NCBI GenBank assembly: GCA_964629545.1 | Contig: CAZVRY010000001.1 | Location: 27,305-91,304 of the forward strand | DNA from: an uncultured Verrucomicrobiota bacterium | Lineage (GTDB): Bacteria > Verrucomicrobiota > Verrucomicrobiia > Limisphaerales > CAZVRY01 | Length of the DNA stretch: 64,000 bases | Reading direction: 5' to 3' | Shown: one piece after another, positions 44,601 through 52,578 of the stretch | Layout: every line of letters begins with the position of its first letter | Numbering within the stretch: position 1 is the stretch's first letter | Notes under the pieces: model-generated | Seen by the model: the letters and a program-made list of their open reading frames with translations, nothing else | Database searches by the model: none | Told to the model about the DNA's origin: nothing | Program-made: the position numbers and the translations under genes

Positions 44601-47049
44601 AGGCCTCGGAGGGAAAGCCGTCGTCCGTCGCCTCATGCAACCCGCTCACGCCGGAGCGGCGAACATAGTATTTGGCCCGCGCGGACGGGGTGAAAGGCAC
44701 CGCGGCCGATGCGTCCCCCAACCGGGCGGAGCCGCGGATGCTGTTGGGATCGGGCTCGGCGGCGAGGGCGACGTTGAGCCCCGCGTAATGGCCGGCGCCC
44801 AACGCATACTCCGGCGTGCCTGGCCGGAACATCCGGATCTGCAGAACCCCGTCCACCATTTCTAGCGAAGCACCCGATGCCAGCATGACGGCCGGTCCGT
44901 TGGCGAGATCCAGGGGCGGGAGAACTCCGCCCAGGAGCACATGCCCGGACATCGCGAATGCGGCGGATTGGAAGGGGCCCACGCCATGGGCCATGACACC
45001 GCGGGCAGGATTGAGGCCCCAGGCTATGATGTTTGTTCCATGGGCCGTGGCCGGCCCCGTTCCCTCGCCCACCAGCCCGCTGTCCGGGGTAAAGTGGAGT
45101 TGGGGCGTCTCGCACACGGCCCTGGCCGTCTGCCCCTCGCAGTCTCCCTCGGGGCATCCTTGCTCGTAGTTCACCACGATGCGTTCAGTCGGATCCACGC
45201 CGCTCACGGCCGCCACGGCGACATCCTCCTGCAAAGACAGCCGTCCCGAACCCCACGCGAGGTTCACCTCGAGCGGGAAGTGCGACAGGAACTGCCCGGC
45301 GCCGAGCGACAGGTCGGCGGTGAGCGCCGTCCGGCCGGCGGCGTTCACGTGCACGTCCACGGAGGGCCCCGCCCCGGCCACGAATTGGTAATAGCGCTCG
45401 TTCGACGGCTTGATCCTCTGGAGCTCGGGCAGAAAGGTCATTGCTTGCAGGGAATCCAGCCAGGCAAAAGCCTCCCGGCGCACGTAGTCCACTCCGACTG
45501 GGGAAAAAGCCAGATGCCCCGCTTCGGCTCTCCAGGCCAAGGCTCGCGTGTCGAAGAAGAGAGGCCGCGTATCCAGGGCAATCCTTTCCCCGGCGGGGAT
45601 GGCAAACACGTTCGTCCCCTTCGGCTCCAACCGCTCGTTAAACCCGTTGGCATGCGTCGTCAGCCGTGACCGGAAGACCTGGCCTGGTTCCCCCACGCCC
45701 ATGCCTGCGGGAAGCTGTATGGTCACGTTTCCATCAGCCCCGTTCGTCCCCAATTGCAGTGGGGGCGGCAGAAAATAGCGGATCCCGGCCCGTTCGCGGT
45801 AGGTGGTGGGAAGCGTACACTGCGCCGTGCCCATCCACACGCGCGCCTCCCCGGAATCGAACAGCACGACCTGCACCTCGCCGTCCGCCGGAAACGGCGC
45901 GATCGAAGCGTCCGGGAGGGCGAGCCCGTTGACCTTGACCCGGGTGCGAATCCCGCCCGGCTCCCAAACCGCGTCGTCAGCAGGATTATTCCCAAGGTCG
46001 GTCAAGGTGGTAATCACGTGGCCCCAGGCCAGGCGGCCGTTGAAATGCAGCACGCGCGTGGGGTCGGAATCGTCGGTGTTTCCTTCAACCAACAACGAAG
46101 CCGGCGCCGGGACTTCCTCATGCGCGATGGTGACCACAGCCTTGAAGTTCGCTTCGGTGACCGATGGAAGTTGTGCGCGAGGACGGAACCGCACCAGCCG
46201 GGTCAGGGGTCCGCTCCGCCAGGGCAAACCTGGGCTGCCGCTCGTATGCGATGTGGTCAGGACGCTCTCCCCCGGGCCGTCCACCTCGGCGGGCGTCAGC
46301 TCCCCGGATCCACCCGCCCCCACGACGACCGCGAATCGCACCGTGATCTCCGTGTCAGCCGGCGGAACTGCAAATGCGTCGTAACGAAACACCTCAAACT
46401 TGACCTCCGCCGCCAGCCAACCGTCCTCGCCGGCCGCCGTATTCACCGCGCAGGTTCGCGTCCACCGCACGCTCTGGATGTCCGTGATGACATTCCGAGC
46501 GGGGTCTTCAGACAGTCGGTTGCGAAAGTGGAGGAAACGCCGCGCGGGCGAGTCGCCCGGCCCGCCTTCGTTAACCCAGGTGCCTGAAGAAAACCACTGA
46601 AGACCGACCTCCAGGCGATAGGTCGTATAAGGGCTCAGCCGCACGCCGTCGGCGAGCGCCACCGACAATGTCGCAGGAAAGGTCCCCGCCGCGGTCACCG
46701 GGAACGGCGCCATGGCCAGGCTGCTCGCGGCCGAACCGTCCTCCGCGCGCAACAGGACCGGAGTATTGGCTGCGTCTAGGAGCCGGACCACATGACGGTA
46801 TTGCGCGGAGACACCCCCGGCGGTGAAGGTGAATCCCGTATCGACTTCGACCTTCACTTGGAGGCGGGTCGGATCGGACGGGGCGAAAAACAGGTATTCC
46901 CCCCCGGGAGAATCGAGGGCAAACCTCACGCTGGCGACGACCCCGTCAATCCCTCCACCGGCCAGCGTCGGCAACGCTGGCAACACGAGCAGGAAAGCGC
47001 CGACGGCCGCCAGCGAACGTTTCACACTCGGCAAAATTACGGGTTTCAT
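41617..47049 (-). CDS. Giant cassette protein 1, copy B (1810 aa, secreted)
   Basis: Signal peptide 'SLAAVGAFLLVLPALPTLAGGG'. It is colinear with 9919..15333, including the conserved Cys motifs. Confidence 0.85.
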   Translation of the reverse strand: MKPVILPSVKRSLAAVGAFLLVLPALPTLAGGGIDGVVASVRFALDSPGGEYLFFAPSDPTRLQVKVEVDTGFTFTAGGVSAQYRHVVRLLDAANTPVLLRAEDGSAASSLAMAPFPVTAAGTFPATLSVALADGVRLSPYTTYRLEVGLQWFSSGTWVNEGGPGDSPARRFLHFRNRLSEDPARNVITDIQSVRWTRTCAVNTAAGEDGWLAAEVKFEVFRYDAFAVPPADTEITVRFAVVVGAGGSGELTPAEVDGPGESVLTTSHTSGSPGLPWRSGPLTRLVRFRPRAQLPSVTEANFKAVVTIAHEEVPAPASLLVEGNTDDSDPTRVLHFNGRLAWGHVITTLTDLGNNPADDAVWEPGGIRTRVKVNGLALPDASIAPFPADGEVQVVLFDSGEARVWMGTAQCTLPTTYRERAGIRYFLPPPLQLGTNGADGNVTIQLPAGMGVGEPGQVFRSRLTTHANGFNERLEPKGTNVFAIPAGERIALDTRPLFFDTRALAWRAEAGHLAFSPVGVDYVRREAFAWLDSLQAMTFLPELQRIKPSNERYYQFVAGAGPSVDVHVNAAGRTALTADLSLGAGQFLSHFPLEVNLAWGSGRLSLQEDVAVAAVSGVDPTERIVVNYEQGCPEGDCEGQTARAVCETPQLHFTPDSGLVGEGTGPATAHGTNIIAWGLNPARGVMAHGVGPFQSAAFAMSGHVLLGGVLPPLDLANGPAVMLASGASLEMVDGVLQIRMFRPGTPEYALGAGHYAGLNVALAAEPDPNSIRGSARLGDASAAVPFTPSARAKYYVRRSGVSGLHEATDDGFPSEALLIYRYPFEFRRFALTFLSNLNIQSGTRCEIQVPLPVGERFYLDELTFTCVGAPDRALIAEGHDRLGFAYWTADLDGRGIEFSPLDPFLADCDASQRRFLGLGAVVHASGVLESLAGTLYLSPFGQIITPADTDRPASVSFYLGAGSVVSVAGALEGARPKELYPLILAKAYFNDERGDPPPGRGWLNFFGHVMLPFYGATPVHLTTLARRDDLESLYYFNGGWTEDRIPAWEPLGDLTHRGKPPGADTTWRSYRESRQLDHLPFAKGDFLDVINLSFPIQWTATTREFMGLEPVEHDNLLLIQTSRELKRLSASDIQIDLGATHEGIPRVRLTSKELRLTGPGGAQWNLAEVMATELGETLTAEMRNGFAAVRSLAGERMSGQLRILAGTLVAEVLPVLREKLRAACPEGGGCDPVLLRSGVQEAMIEMRLGAGRLRRMEAVLEEGLRRDLISTLTAAESNLKWLYDPEVGWLRREIAGPHVRIAKMAKRFIDLVTLDRTLDYPALEPYVSSFDAEMGRMAALLGRLAARVAQLKSRYGSETGDLYLELHELFANPIAVTEMTTLLGRLEEDLIREATASPRWVAEHVTSVAGEEDALKRWLESELGNRLVMSELNHHVGQVMNYHLRSIEEDGVGALGDALALFQRMMDAAGRQVLHAATQAFNNEIVEPWDKIMGFGNAEGSVLFSHDEVRKLRLNGKGGVDLGKEFKFEAGVKFEINALDSEGERSCGNPHEVKATECLLEFSVDQSSDRTVYAPSDPSLDEFSEGPEELEHVRDNMAFSIHLKASFEPDHDLAGLGGGFTWSPDRTFGAVKIKRVAGACLFGAHENYLGGSFDGGMGPGGEVEVQGALFLGRTCTRAPIVQVNSRASALLSGPDRPFTGFYVYAEGWIPIVSLTCMLKLSGGMGVGLLADFESDRYGGQMMLGVKGDLLCVLSVTGDVALAAVGTDDGGYYDGAGQLGLKLGSCPFCVGLTKGFHFTYRPGTQSFEVTP

Positions 47050-47155
47050 CAGGCCAAGATCTACGGGTCCAAACCAATAAGCCGCGTGGCCGGCGCGGGA
47101 TTACACAGAATTCGCTTTTCCTTTATGATGAAACTTAGTAACGTTTCTCAATCCC
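47050..47155. promoter_or_regulatory. Divergent intergenic/promoter region between cassette B and the ECF sigma gene; locally AT-rich with inverted repeat GAAAC-N8-GTTTC (47130-47147)
   Basis: A 106-bp gap lies between two divergent ATGs. The stretch 'ttcgcttttcctttatgatgaaacttagtaacgtttctcaatccc' is conspicuously AT-rich for this window. I could not identify a canonical -35/-10 pair. Confidence 0.4.
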
Positions 47156-47899
47156 ATGAGCGAGATTGGATCCGCCGGGCCTCTGCAAACGGCTCAGGCA
47201 ATCTTCCCAACGACCCATTGGTCGCGGGTGCTGCAGGCCGGGGACGAAGCGTCATCCGCCGCCTGCTACGCGCTGGACGACCTCTGCCGAGCTTACTGGC
47301 TGCCGCTTTACGCATTCCTGCGGCGCCAAGGCGAGTCTCCGACGGACGCGGAGGATCTGGTGCAGGGTTTCCTGGCCCGCGTGCTGGCCCGCGAGGACCT
47401 GGCCGGAGTGGGGCCGGAAAAGGGACGTTTCCGGACCTTTCTGCTCACTTCGCTGCGGAATTTCGTGATCAAGCAAGCCCGGCGCGACCGGGCGCTCAAG
47501 CGCGGCGGCGGGCGAACTCCCATCCCCATTCATGCCGAGGAGGCCGAACGGCTCTGCGGACCCGATCTCTCGGCCATTTCGCCGGAAGCGGCTTTCGACC
47601 GACGTTTTGCCCAAGCGGTCCTCACGCGCGCGTTCGCCGCCTTGCGTGAGGAGCATCGCGCCCGCGGCAAGGCCATGCTCTTCGAGACGCTCGCGCCCTA
47701 CCTCGATGGCGCCGAACCGGACGGCTACGATCGACCCGCTGCGGACCTTGGCATGGCTTCCGGCTCGGTGGCGGTCACGGTGCACCGGATGCGCGGGCGA
47801 CTGCGCGAGTTGCTCCGGGCGGAGATCCGGCAGCTTTGCCAATCGGTTGCCGAGGAGGAGCAGGAGTTGAAGCACCTCCTCGAAGTCTGGTCGCGCTGA
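47156..47899 (+). CDS. ECF-family RNA polymerase sigma factor (kinase-associated 'TTHWS' type)
   Basis: 247 aa. 'FPTTHWSRVLQAG...YWLPLYAFLRRQGESPTDAEDLVQGFLARVL' is region 2, and 'LGMASGSVAVTVHRMRGRLRELL' is the region 4 HTH. A Ser/Thr kinase gene follows directly. Confidence 0.8.
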   Translation: MSEIGSAGPLQTAQAIFPTTHWSRVLQAGDEASSAACYALDDLCRAYWLPLYAFLRRQGESPTDAEDLVQGFLARVLAREDLAGVGPEKGRFRTFLLTSLRNFVIKQARRDRALKRGGGRTPIPIHAEEAERLCGPDLSAISPEAAFDRRFAQAVLTRAFAALREEHRARGKAMLFETLAPYLDGAEPDGYDRPAADLGMASGSVAVTVHRMRGRLRELLRAEIRQLCQSVAEEEQELKHLLEVWSR

Positions 47900-47963
47900 G
47901 CTCATCGGCGCACAACCCGCGCCTTCGGTGTGGGGCAACCAGGCGGGCCTGCTTTCTACCTGC

Positions 47964-50900
47964 ATGAGCGCCCATCAGGAATCGCAAAAGTGTCCCCGCT
48001 GCGGTGAACCGCAGGCGGGCGCGGAGCTTTCCGGAAATTGCCCACGTTGCCTGTCCACCCTCCTCCTCTCGCCCGAGTGCCCTGATGCGATCGAAGCCGT
48101 GTCGAGACCCTCCCTGCGCCGCATTGGCGATTACGAACTCCTGGAGGAAATCGCCCGCGGAGGCATGGGCATCGTCTTCCGGGCGCGCCAGGTGAGCTTG
48201 GATCGCGTCGTGGCGATCAAACTCCTGCGCGACAGCGCCCTGGCCAGACCCGAGGAAGTGAAACGCTTTCGCGCCGAGGCGACGTCCGTGGCCCGACTCA
48301 AGCATCCCAATATCGTCGCCATCCATGAAGTCGGCGAAGACGGGGGCCAGCATTACTTGGCCATGGATTTCATCGCGGGCCCCAACCTCGCGCAATGCAC
48401 CACGGACGGGCCTCTCGAACCGCGTCGCGCGGCGGATCTCTCGGCCCGGATCGCCGACGCCGTCCAACATGCCCACGCCCAGGGCGTGCTCCACCGCGAT
48501 CTCAAGCCTTCGAACGTGTTGATGGACGCCGAGGGTGAGGTGTTCGTAACGGATTTCGGCCTGGCGCGGCCCCTGGACACGGACAGTTCGTTGACGATGA
48601 CAGGCCAGGTGCTCGGCACGCCGGCGTTCATGTCCCCTGAACAAGCCGGGGGATGGAACGACACGGCGGGTCCCGCGGCCGATGTGTATTCAATGGGCGC
48701 GTTGTTGTTCCATTTGCTCACAGGGCGGCCCCCGTTTGTCAGCCACAGCCTGCCCGAGTTGATGCGCCAAGTCTCCCGGGAGGAACCGCTCTCGCCACAT
48801 CTGCTCAATGCTTCCGTGCCGACAGACCTGGCGACGGTTTGCCTCAAGGCCCTGGCTAAGCGTCCCGCCGAACGCTACGGCAGCGCGCGTGAATTCGCCG
48901 ACGACCTGCGCCGTTTCCTGCGACACCAGCCCGTGCTGGCGCGGCCCGCGAGTCGCGCCGAGCGTTGCGTGCGTTGGTGTCGACGCGAACCGGCGCTGGC
49001 GGCGGCGCTGGCCTTCTCGCTGGTCGCGTTGATCGTGGGTGGCGCCACCGCCACCTGGCAATGGCGAGCCGCCGTGGTGGCCCGCCGCCAGGCGGAACGG
49101 GCCACCCTCGAGCGCGAGGAGCAACTCTGGCAATCCCTGGGTCAGCAGGCCCACTTCTCCCGCCTCTCCGGCCAAGTCGGCCAACGGACCCAGGCCCTCG
49201 CGGCCATCGCTGCCGCCGCGGCCATCCGCCCTTCGCTGGAACTGCGCCACGACGCCCTCGCCGCGCTCATGCTGCCGGACCTGGGTCCATCCACCTGGTG
49301 GAAAGAGGAACGTTCTTTTCTCCATCCGTGGTGCTTCGGTCCCGATCTGGAGTTCTACCTCCCTCATGTCGAAGTCGGCCACCTTACCGTGCGACACGCC
49401 GGCGACCATCGAATCCTCGCCGACCTCGGGAAAGTGTCGCCCCAACCGAGCGCCGCCACTTTTAGTCCAGATGGACGTTGCCTGGCCGTCCGGCTCGATA
49501 ACGGCATCTTGCGTGCGTGGGACTGGCGTGCGGGGCGGTTGCTGGCGGACATCCGCTGCTCCGACCACACGTGGGGGATGCGCCCGTTCGACTTTTCGCC
49601 GGACAACCGTGCGCTCTTCTTTGGCGACGCGACGCATGGAATCAGCCGCGTCCATCTGGACACCGGGAAAATCACGGAGGTCATTTCGATGGCGCCTCCC
49701 GCCCTTGTGTGCGTCAGCCCCTCCGGCCGGAGGCTGGCCGCCGCCCGGTCCAGGCAAGTGGAGGTATGGGATCTCGATCCGCCACGGCTCCTCTCCACGA
49801 CCAACCTGGTCAATCCGCCGGGTGTTCTCGTGGGCATGGCTTGGCATCCCAGCGAGGAACTGCTGGCCCTCCGCCCCATCCGCGGGTTGTCGCTCTGGCA
49901 CTGGGCTTCCGGGACCATCCTGGACTTCGCCGAATCGAGGTTCGTCGCTCCCAACCGACCTTTCTTCAACGCCGCCGGCGATCTCCTCTTCCTGGGCGGA
50001 GGCGTGTGGGATGTGGCCAGCCAAACCCAACTGCTGGACCTCGGGGCCAACGTCGGCTTGGCCATGGCCTTGAGCCGCGATGAGCGGCACCTCGCCTGCC
50101 AAAGGGAAAAGACCGGCTTCGGCGTTTGGGAATTCCTGTCGCCGGTCGGCACGCGCATGCTCCTCGATCATCCGTTGCCCCCCGGCGCCCGGCTTCCGCA
50201 GCCGGATGTTTCGGCCGACGGCCGACGCCTCGTCACGACCCACGCCGACGGATGGCGCGTGTGGGACACGGCCAGCGGGCGTGCGCTGGCGCGCGGCGCG
50301 GGACGCCGGGCGAACGAGGAAAAGTACCACGCGAGATTCACCCAGGACGGCCAACAAGTCGTCACCGTTGACCGCAACGGAGTGAGTCGTTGGCCCTTGC
50401 CCGGATCGCGAGACTCGAATCCCGCCCCGGCCATCCCAGAGGTCGCGGCCGAAACGCTTTGGGCCGGAATCGCCACCGCGCCACCGCCCGGTTCGAAAAC
50501 CCCAGAGCTGGACCGGTCCTCGAACTCGGTGGCCGAACATGGTTGCCTCACGCAAGGGGCGCGCTGGGCCGCCCTCTCGGGCAACGGCCATGTCGTGGTA
50601 GCGGACCTGATCAGCACGAAGGTCAGCCCCGCCATGCGCCTGCTCTACAACGACGTCGAATTCAGCCTCAGTCCGGATGGCCGCTGGCTCGCCACGGGCC
50701 GACATAACAAGCCGGGACCGGATGTCTGGGATGTCCTCGCGGGAAAGCCCATTCGGGGGATCGCCGACCCGCCCTTTGCCGCCTGCCAGTTTCATCCCCT
50801 CACCGGTGAACTGGTCGCCTGGAGCACCGCGGGAATGGTATTCACGGAGCCGCCCACCGGGCGGACGACTCGCCGCTTCACCTGGCCGGAGGGGAGTCTG

Positions 50901-51281
50901 ATCTCCGGGTTGGTACCTGGCGGCATCGCCGCGGATGGCCGGACCCTCTGGGCTTGCGCCTCCGAATCGCATCTGTTCCTGCTCGACGGCGCGACCGGCC
51001 AACTCGTCGCGCGATGGGAGCGGCCCAAAGGATTCTGGGCGGCCGCCATCGCGTTGGATGCCCGCGGCGAGCATGCCTATATCACCACCGCGCGAAACGT
51101 GATTGTCGACCTTGACCTCTTCACCCTCCGCCGCGAACTCGCCCGCCTCGGCCTCGACTGGCCAGACGCGGAACCGGGCCGCGGATTTCTTCGGCTGCCT
51201 GCTCAGGCAAGAGCAGACGAGATCCAAAGCACCACCGGAACCGCCAGGGCCGACTTGCTGCGGTTGACCCGCGCTCCGTAA
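47964..51281 (+). CDS. Ser/Thr protein kinase with N-terminal zinc-ribbon, one TM helix and extracytoplasmic coiled-coil + WD40-like beta-propeller domain
   Basis: I prefer the ATG at 47964 (MSAHQESQK) over the track's GTG at 47928. Zinc ribbon 'CPRCGEP...CPRCL'. Kinase motifs 'GGMGIVFRA', 'VAIKLL', 'HRDLKPSNVLMD', 'DFGLARP' and 'GTPAFMSPEQ'. TM helix 'LAAALAFSLVALIVGGATATW'. The ectodomain is homologous to that of the histidine kinase at 5558..8797. Confidence 0.85.
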   Translation: MSAHQESQKCPRCGEPQAGAELSGNCPRCLSTLLLSPECPDAIEAVSRPSLRRIGDYELLEEIARGGMGIVFRARQVSLDRVVAIKLLRDSALARPEEVKRFRAEATSVARLKHPNIVAIHEVGEDGGQHYLAMDFIAGPNLAQCTTDGPLEPRRAADLSARIADAVQHAHAQGVLHRDLKPSNVLMDAEGEVFVTDFGLARPLDTDSSLTMTGQVLGTPAFMSPEQAGGWNDTAGPAADVYSMGALLFHLLTGRPPFVSHSLPELMRQVSREEPLSPHLLNASVPTDLATVCLKALAKRPAERYGSAREFADDLRRFLRHQPVLARPASRAERCVRWCRREPALAAALAFSLVALIVGGATATWQWRAAVVARRQAERATLEREEQLWQSLGQQAHFSRLSGQVGQRTQALAAIAAAAAIRPSLELRHDALAALMLPDLGPSTWWKEERSFLHPWCFGPDLEFYLPHVEVGHLTVRHAGDHRILADLGKVSPQPSAATFSPDGRCLAVRLDNGILRAWDWRAGRLLADIRCSDHTWGMRPFDFSPDNRALFFGDATHGISRVHLDTGKITEVISMAPPALVCVSPSGRRLAAARSRQVEVWDLDPPRLLSTTNLVNPPGVLVGMAWHPSEELLALRPIRGLSLWHWASGTILDFAESRFVAPNRPFFNAAGDLLFLGGGVWDVASQTQLLDLGANVGLAMALSRDERHLACQREKTGFGVWEFLSPVGTRMLLDHPLPPGARLPQPDVSADGRRLVTTHADGWRVWDTASGRALARGAGRRANEEKYHARFTQDGQQVVTVDRNGVSRWPLPGSRDSNPAPAIPEVAAETLWAGIATAPPPGSKTPELDRSSNSVAEHGCLTQGARWAALSGNGHVVVADLISTKVSPAMRLLYNDVEFSLSPDGRWLATGRHNKPGPDVWDVLAGKPIRGIADPPFAACQFHPLTGELVAWSTAGMVFTEPPTGRTTRRFTWPEGSLISGLVPGGIAADGRTLWACASESHLFLLDGATGQLVARWERPKGFWAAAIALDARGEHAYITTARNVIVDLDLFTLRRELARLGLDWPDAEPGRGFLRLPAQARADEIQSTTGTARADLLRLTRAP

Positions 51282-51389
51282 ACATCAACATGTTCGCGAC
51301 GGCATCGATAGCCCACGAGAGGCTCAGACCGCTCATTCCTTGATTTGAATCAAGGCATTAGCATTGGTCCATCCCTAGGATGCCGCGGT

Positions 51390-52493
51390 ATGCCTGGGGT
51401 GACTGTCCTTGCCGTGCAACATGTGTCGTGTGAAACACCCGGCCTGATTGCGGACGCCCTGCAAGACGCCGGCATCACCCTCGAAACCATTCGCCCGGAC
51501 CGAGGGGACAAGGTTCCGCGACGAATCGGCCAATACGCGGGCCTGGTGGTGATGGGGGGGCCGATGGGAGTCAACGATCAGGCCCAGTATCCATACTTAA
51601 GCCGAGAGCTCCGGCTCCTGGAGGATGCGCTGAACGAACGGCGGCCAATCCTGGGCGTCTGCTTGGGCAGCCAACTCCTGGCCACGGCACTCGGCGCGCC
51701 GGTCACGCGTGGCCGCCGCAAGGAGATCGGCTGGCATCCGGTCACCCTGGGCCAACCCGCCGCCACCGACATGCTGTGGCACGGGATCGAGGCGTCCTTC
51801 CCGGCCTATCACTGGCACGGCGACATCTTCCCCTTGCCGCCGGGCGCGGTGACGCTGGCGTGGTCGGCCCTGACGGAGTGTCAGGCCTTTCGCTATGGCG
51901 CCCGGGCTTACGGATTGCTTTTCCACCTCGAAGTGACCAGGAGCATCATCCGCCGAATGGCGCGGACTTTTCGAAACGAGTTGGGCGAGGTCGGCCTCAA
52001 CGAACGCCAACTTCTGGACGGTGCGACCCAACACCTGCCGGCGCTCCAAGCCATCGGCCGCCGCGTGTTTCAACGGTGGGCGCTTCTGGTCCAACCCGGC
52101 CAGACGGCCAACCCGTCCGGCCAGCGCAGGCGAAGCCCGCCGTCCAGTCCGCCGCCGCCACCTGAACGGTTGATCAAGTGGATACCGGTCGTGGACGAGG
52201 AACTATGCACGGGCTGTGCCGCCTGCGTGGAAGCCTGTGGTCCGAAATCCCTCGCCCTGGTGGACCGCCTCGCCGTTCTCGCCCAACCCGACACCTGCGG
52301 AAGCGAGGAGCACTGCATTGCCCCGTGTCCGACCGCCGCCATCCGGATGGTCTGGAGTGAAGTGCGCGGCGACACGAGCCGCGGCAAGTGGCTCGTGGCC
52401 GGTCGCGCCAAAACGCGGTCGAGAAGGAGCAGCGACCATGGCCAGGATGACCTTTCTCCAGGCTCCCTTCCCCTCCATCGTCCGACCTCTTGA
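51390..52493 (+). CDS. Class-I glutamine amidotransferase (GMP-synthase-like GATase1) fused to a C-terminal 4Fe-4S ferredoxin-type domain
   Basis: GATase domain: 'LVVMGGPMGVND...PILGVCLGSQLLA...YHWHGD...LLFHLEV' (Cys-His-Glu triad context). A Pro/Ser-rich linker 'RRRSPPSSPPPPPE' follows. Ferredoxin domain: 'CTGCAACVEAC...CIAPCP'. The track start at 51345 is a TTG, and the ATG at 51390 is preferred. Confidence 0.7.
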   Translation: MPGVTVLAVQHVSCETPGLIADALQDAGITLETIRPDRGDKVPRRIGQYAGLVVMGGPMGVNDQAQYPYLSRELRLLEDALNERRPILGVCLGSQLLATALGAPVTRGRRKEIGWHPVTLGQPAATDMLWHGIEASFPAYHWHGDIFPLPPGAVTLAWSALTECQAFRYGARAYGLLFHLEVTRSIIRRMARTFRNELGEVGLNERQLLDGATQHLPALQAIGRRVFQRWALLVQPGQTANPSGQRRRSPPSSPPPPPERLIKWIPVVDEELCTGCAACVEACGPKSLALVDRLAVLAQPDTCGSEEHCIAPCPTAAIRMVWSEVRGDTSRGKWLVAGRAKTRSRRSSDHGQDDLSPGSLPLHRPTS

Positions 52494-52536
52494 TCTTAAT
52501 CTTGATCCTAATCGTAATCTCAATCCCCTCGCTCGT
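52489..52536 (+). repeat. Period-6 microsatellite island (cttgat cttaat cttgat cctaat cgtaat ctcaat cccctc gctcgt) in the intergenic gap
   Basis: Read directly. It shares 'aatcgtaatc' and 'ctcgct' strings with the island at 18831-18894. It overlaps the stop of the upstream gene and ends 43 bp before the ATG at 52579. Confidence 0.8.
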
Positions 52537-52578
52537 TCATGTCTCCCCAACCCGCGGACGGTTGCGAGGCGGCTTCCC

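Noticed and set aside
9919-47049. The idea that the two cassettes are an assembly artefact or a recent inverted duplication capable of flipping the 25.8-30.9 kb segment.
   Set aside because: The copies are strongly diverged at the DNA level. Even in the most conserved block, 24 of 108 nt differ. I found no long identical inverted repeats between them.
51338-51355. The hairpin ccttgat-ttga-atcaagg after the Ser/Thr kinase gene, considered as a terminator.
   Set aside because: The stem is only 7 bp and AT-rich, and no T-tract follows. It also overlaps a possible TTG start of the next ORF. The support is insufficient.
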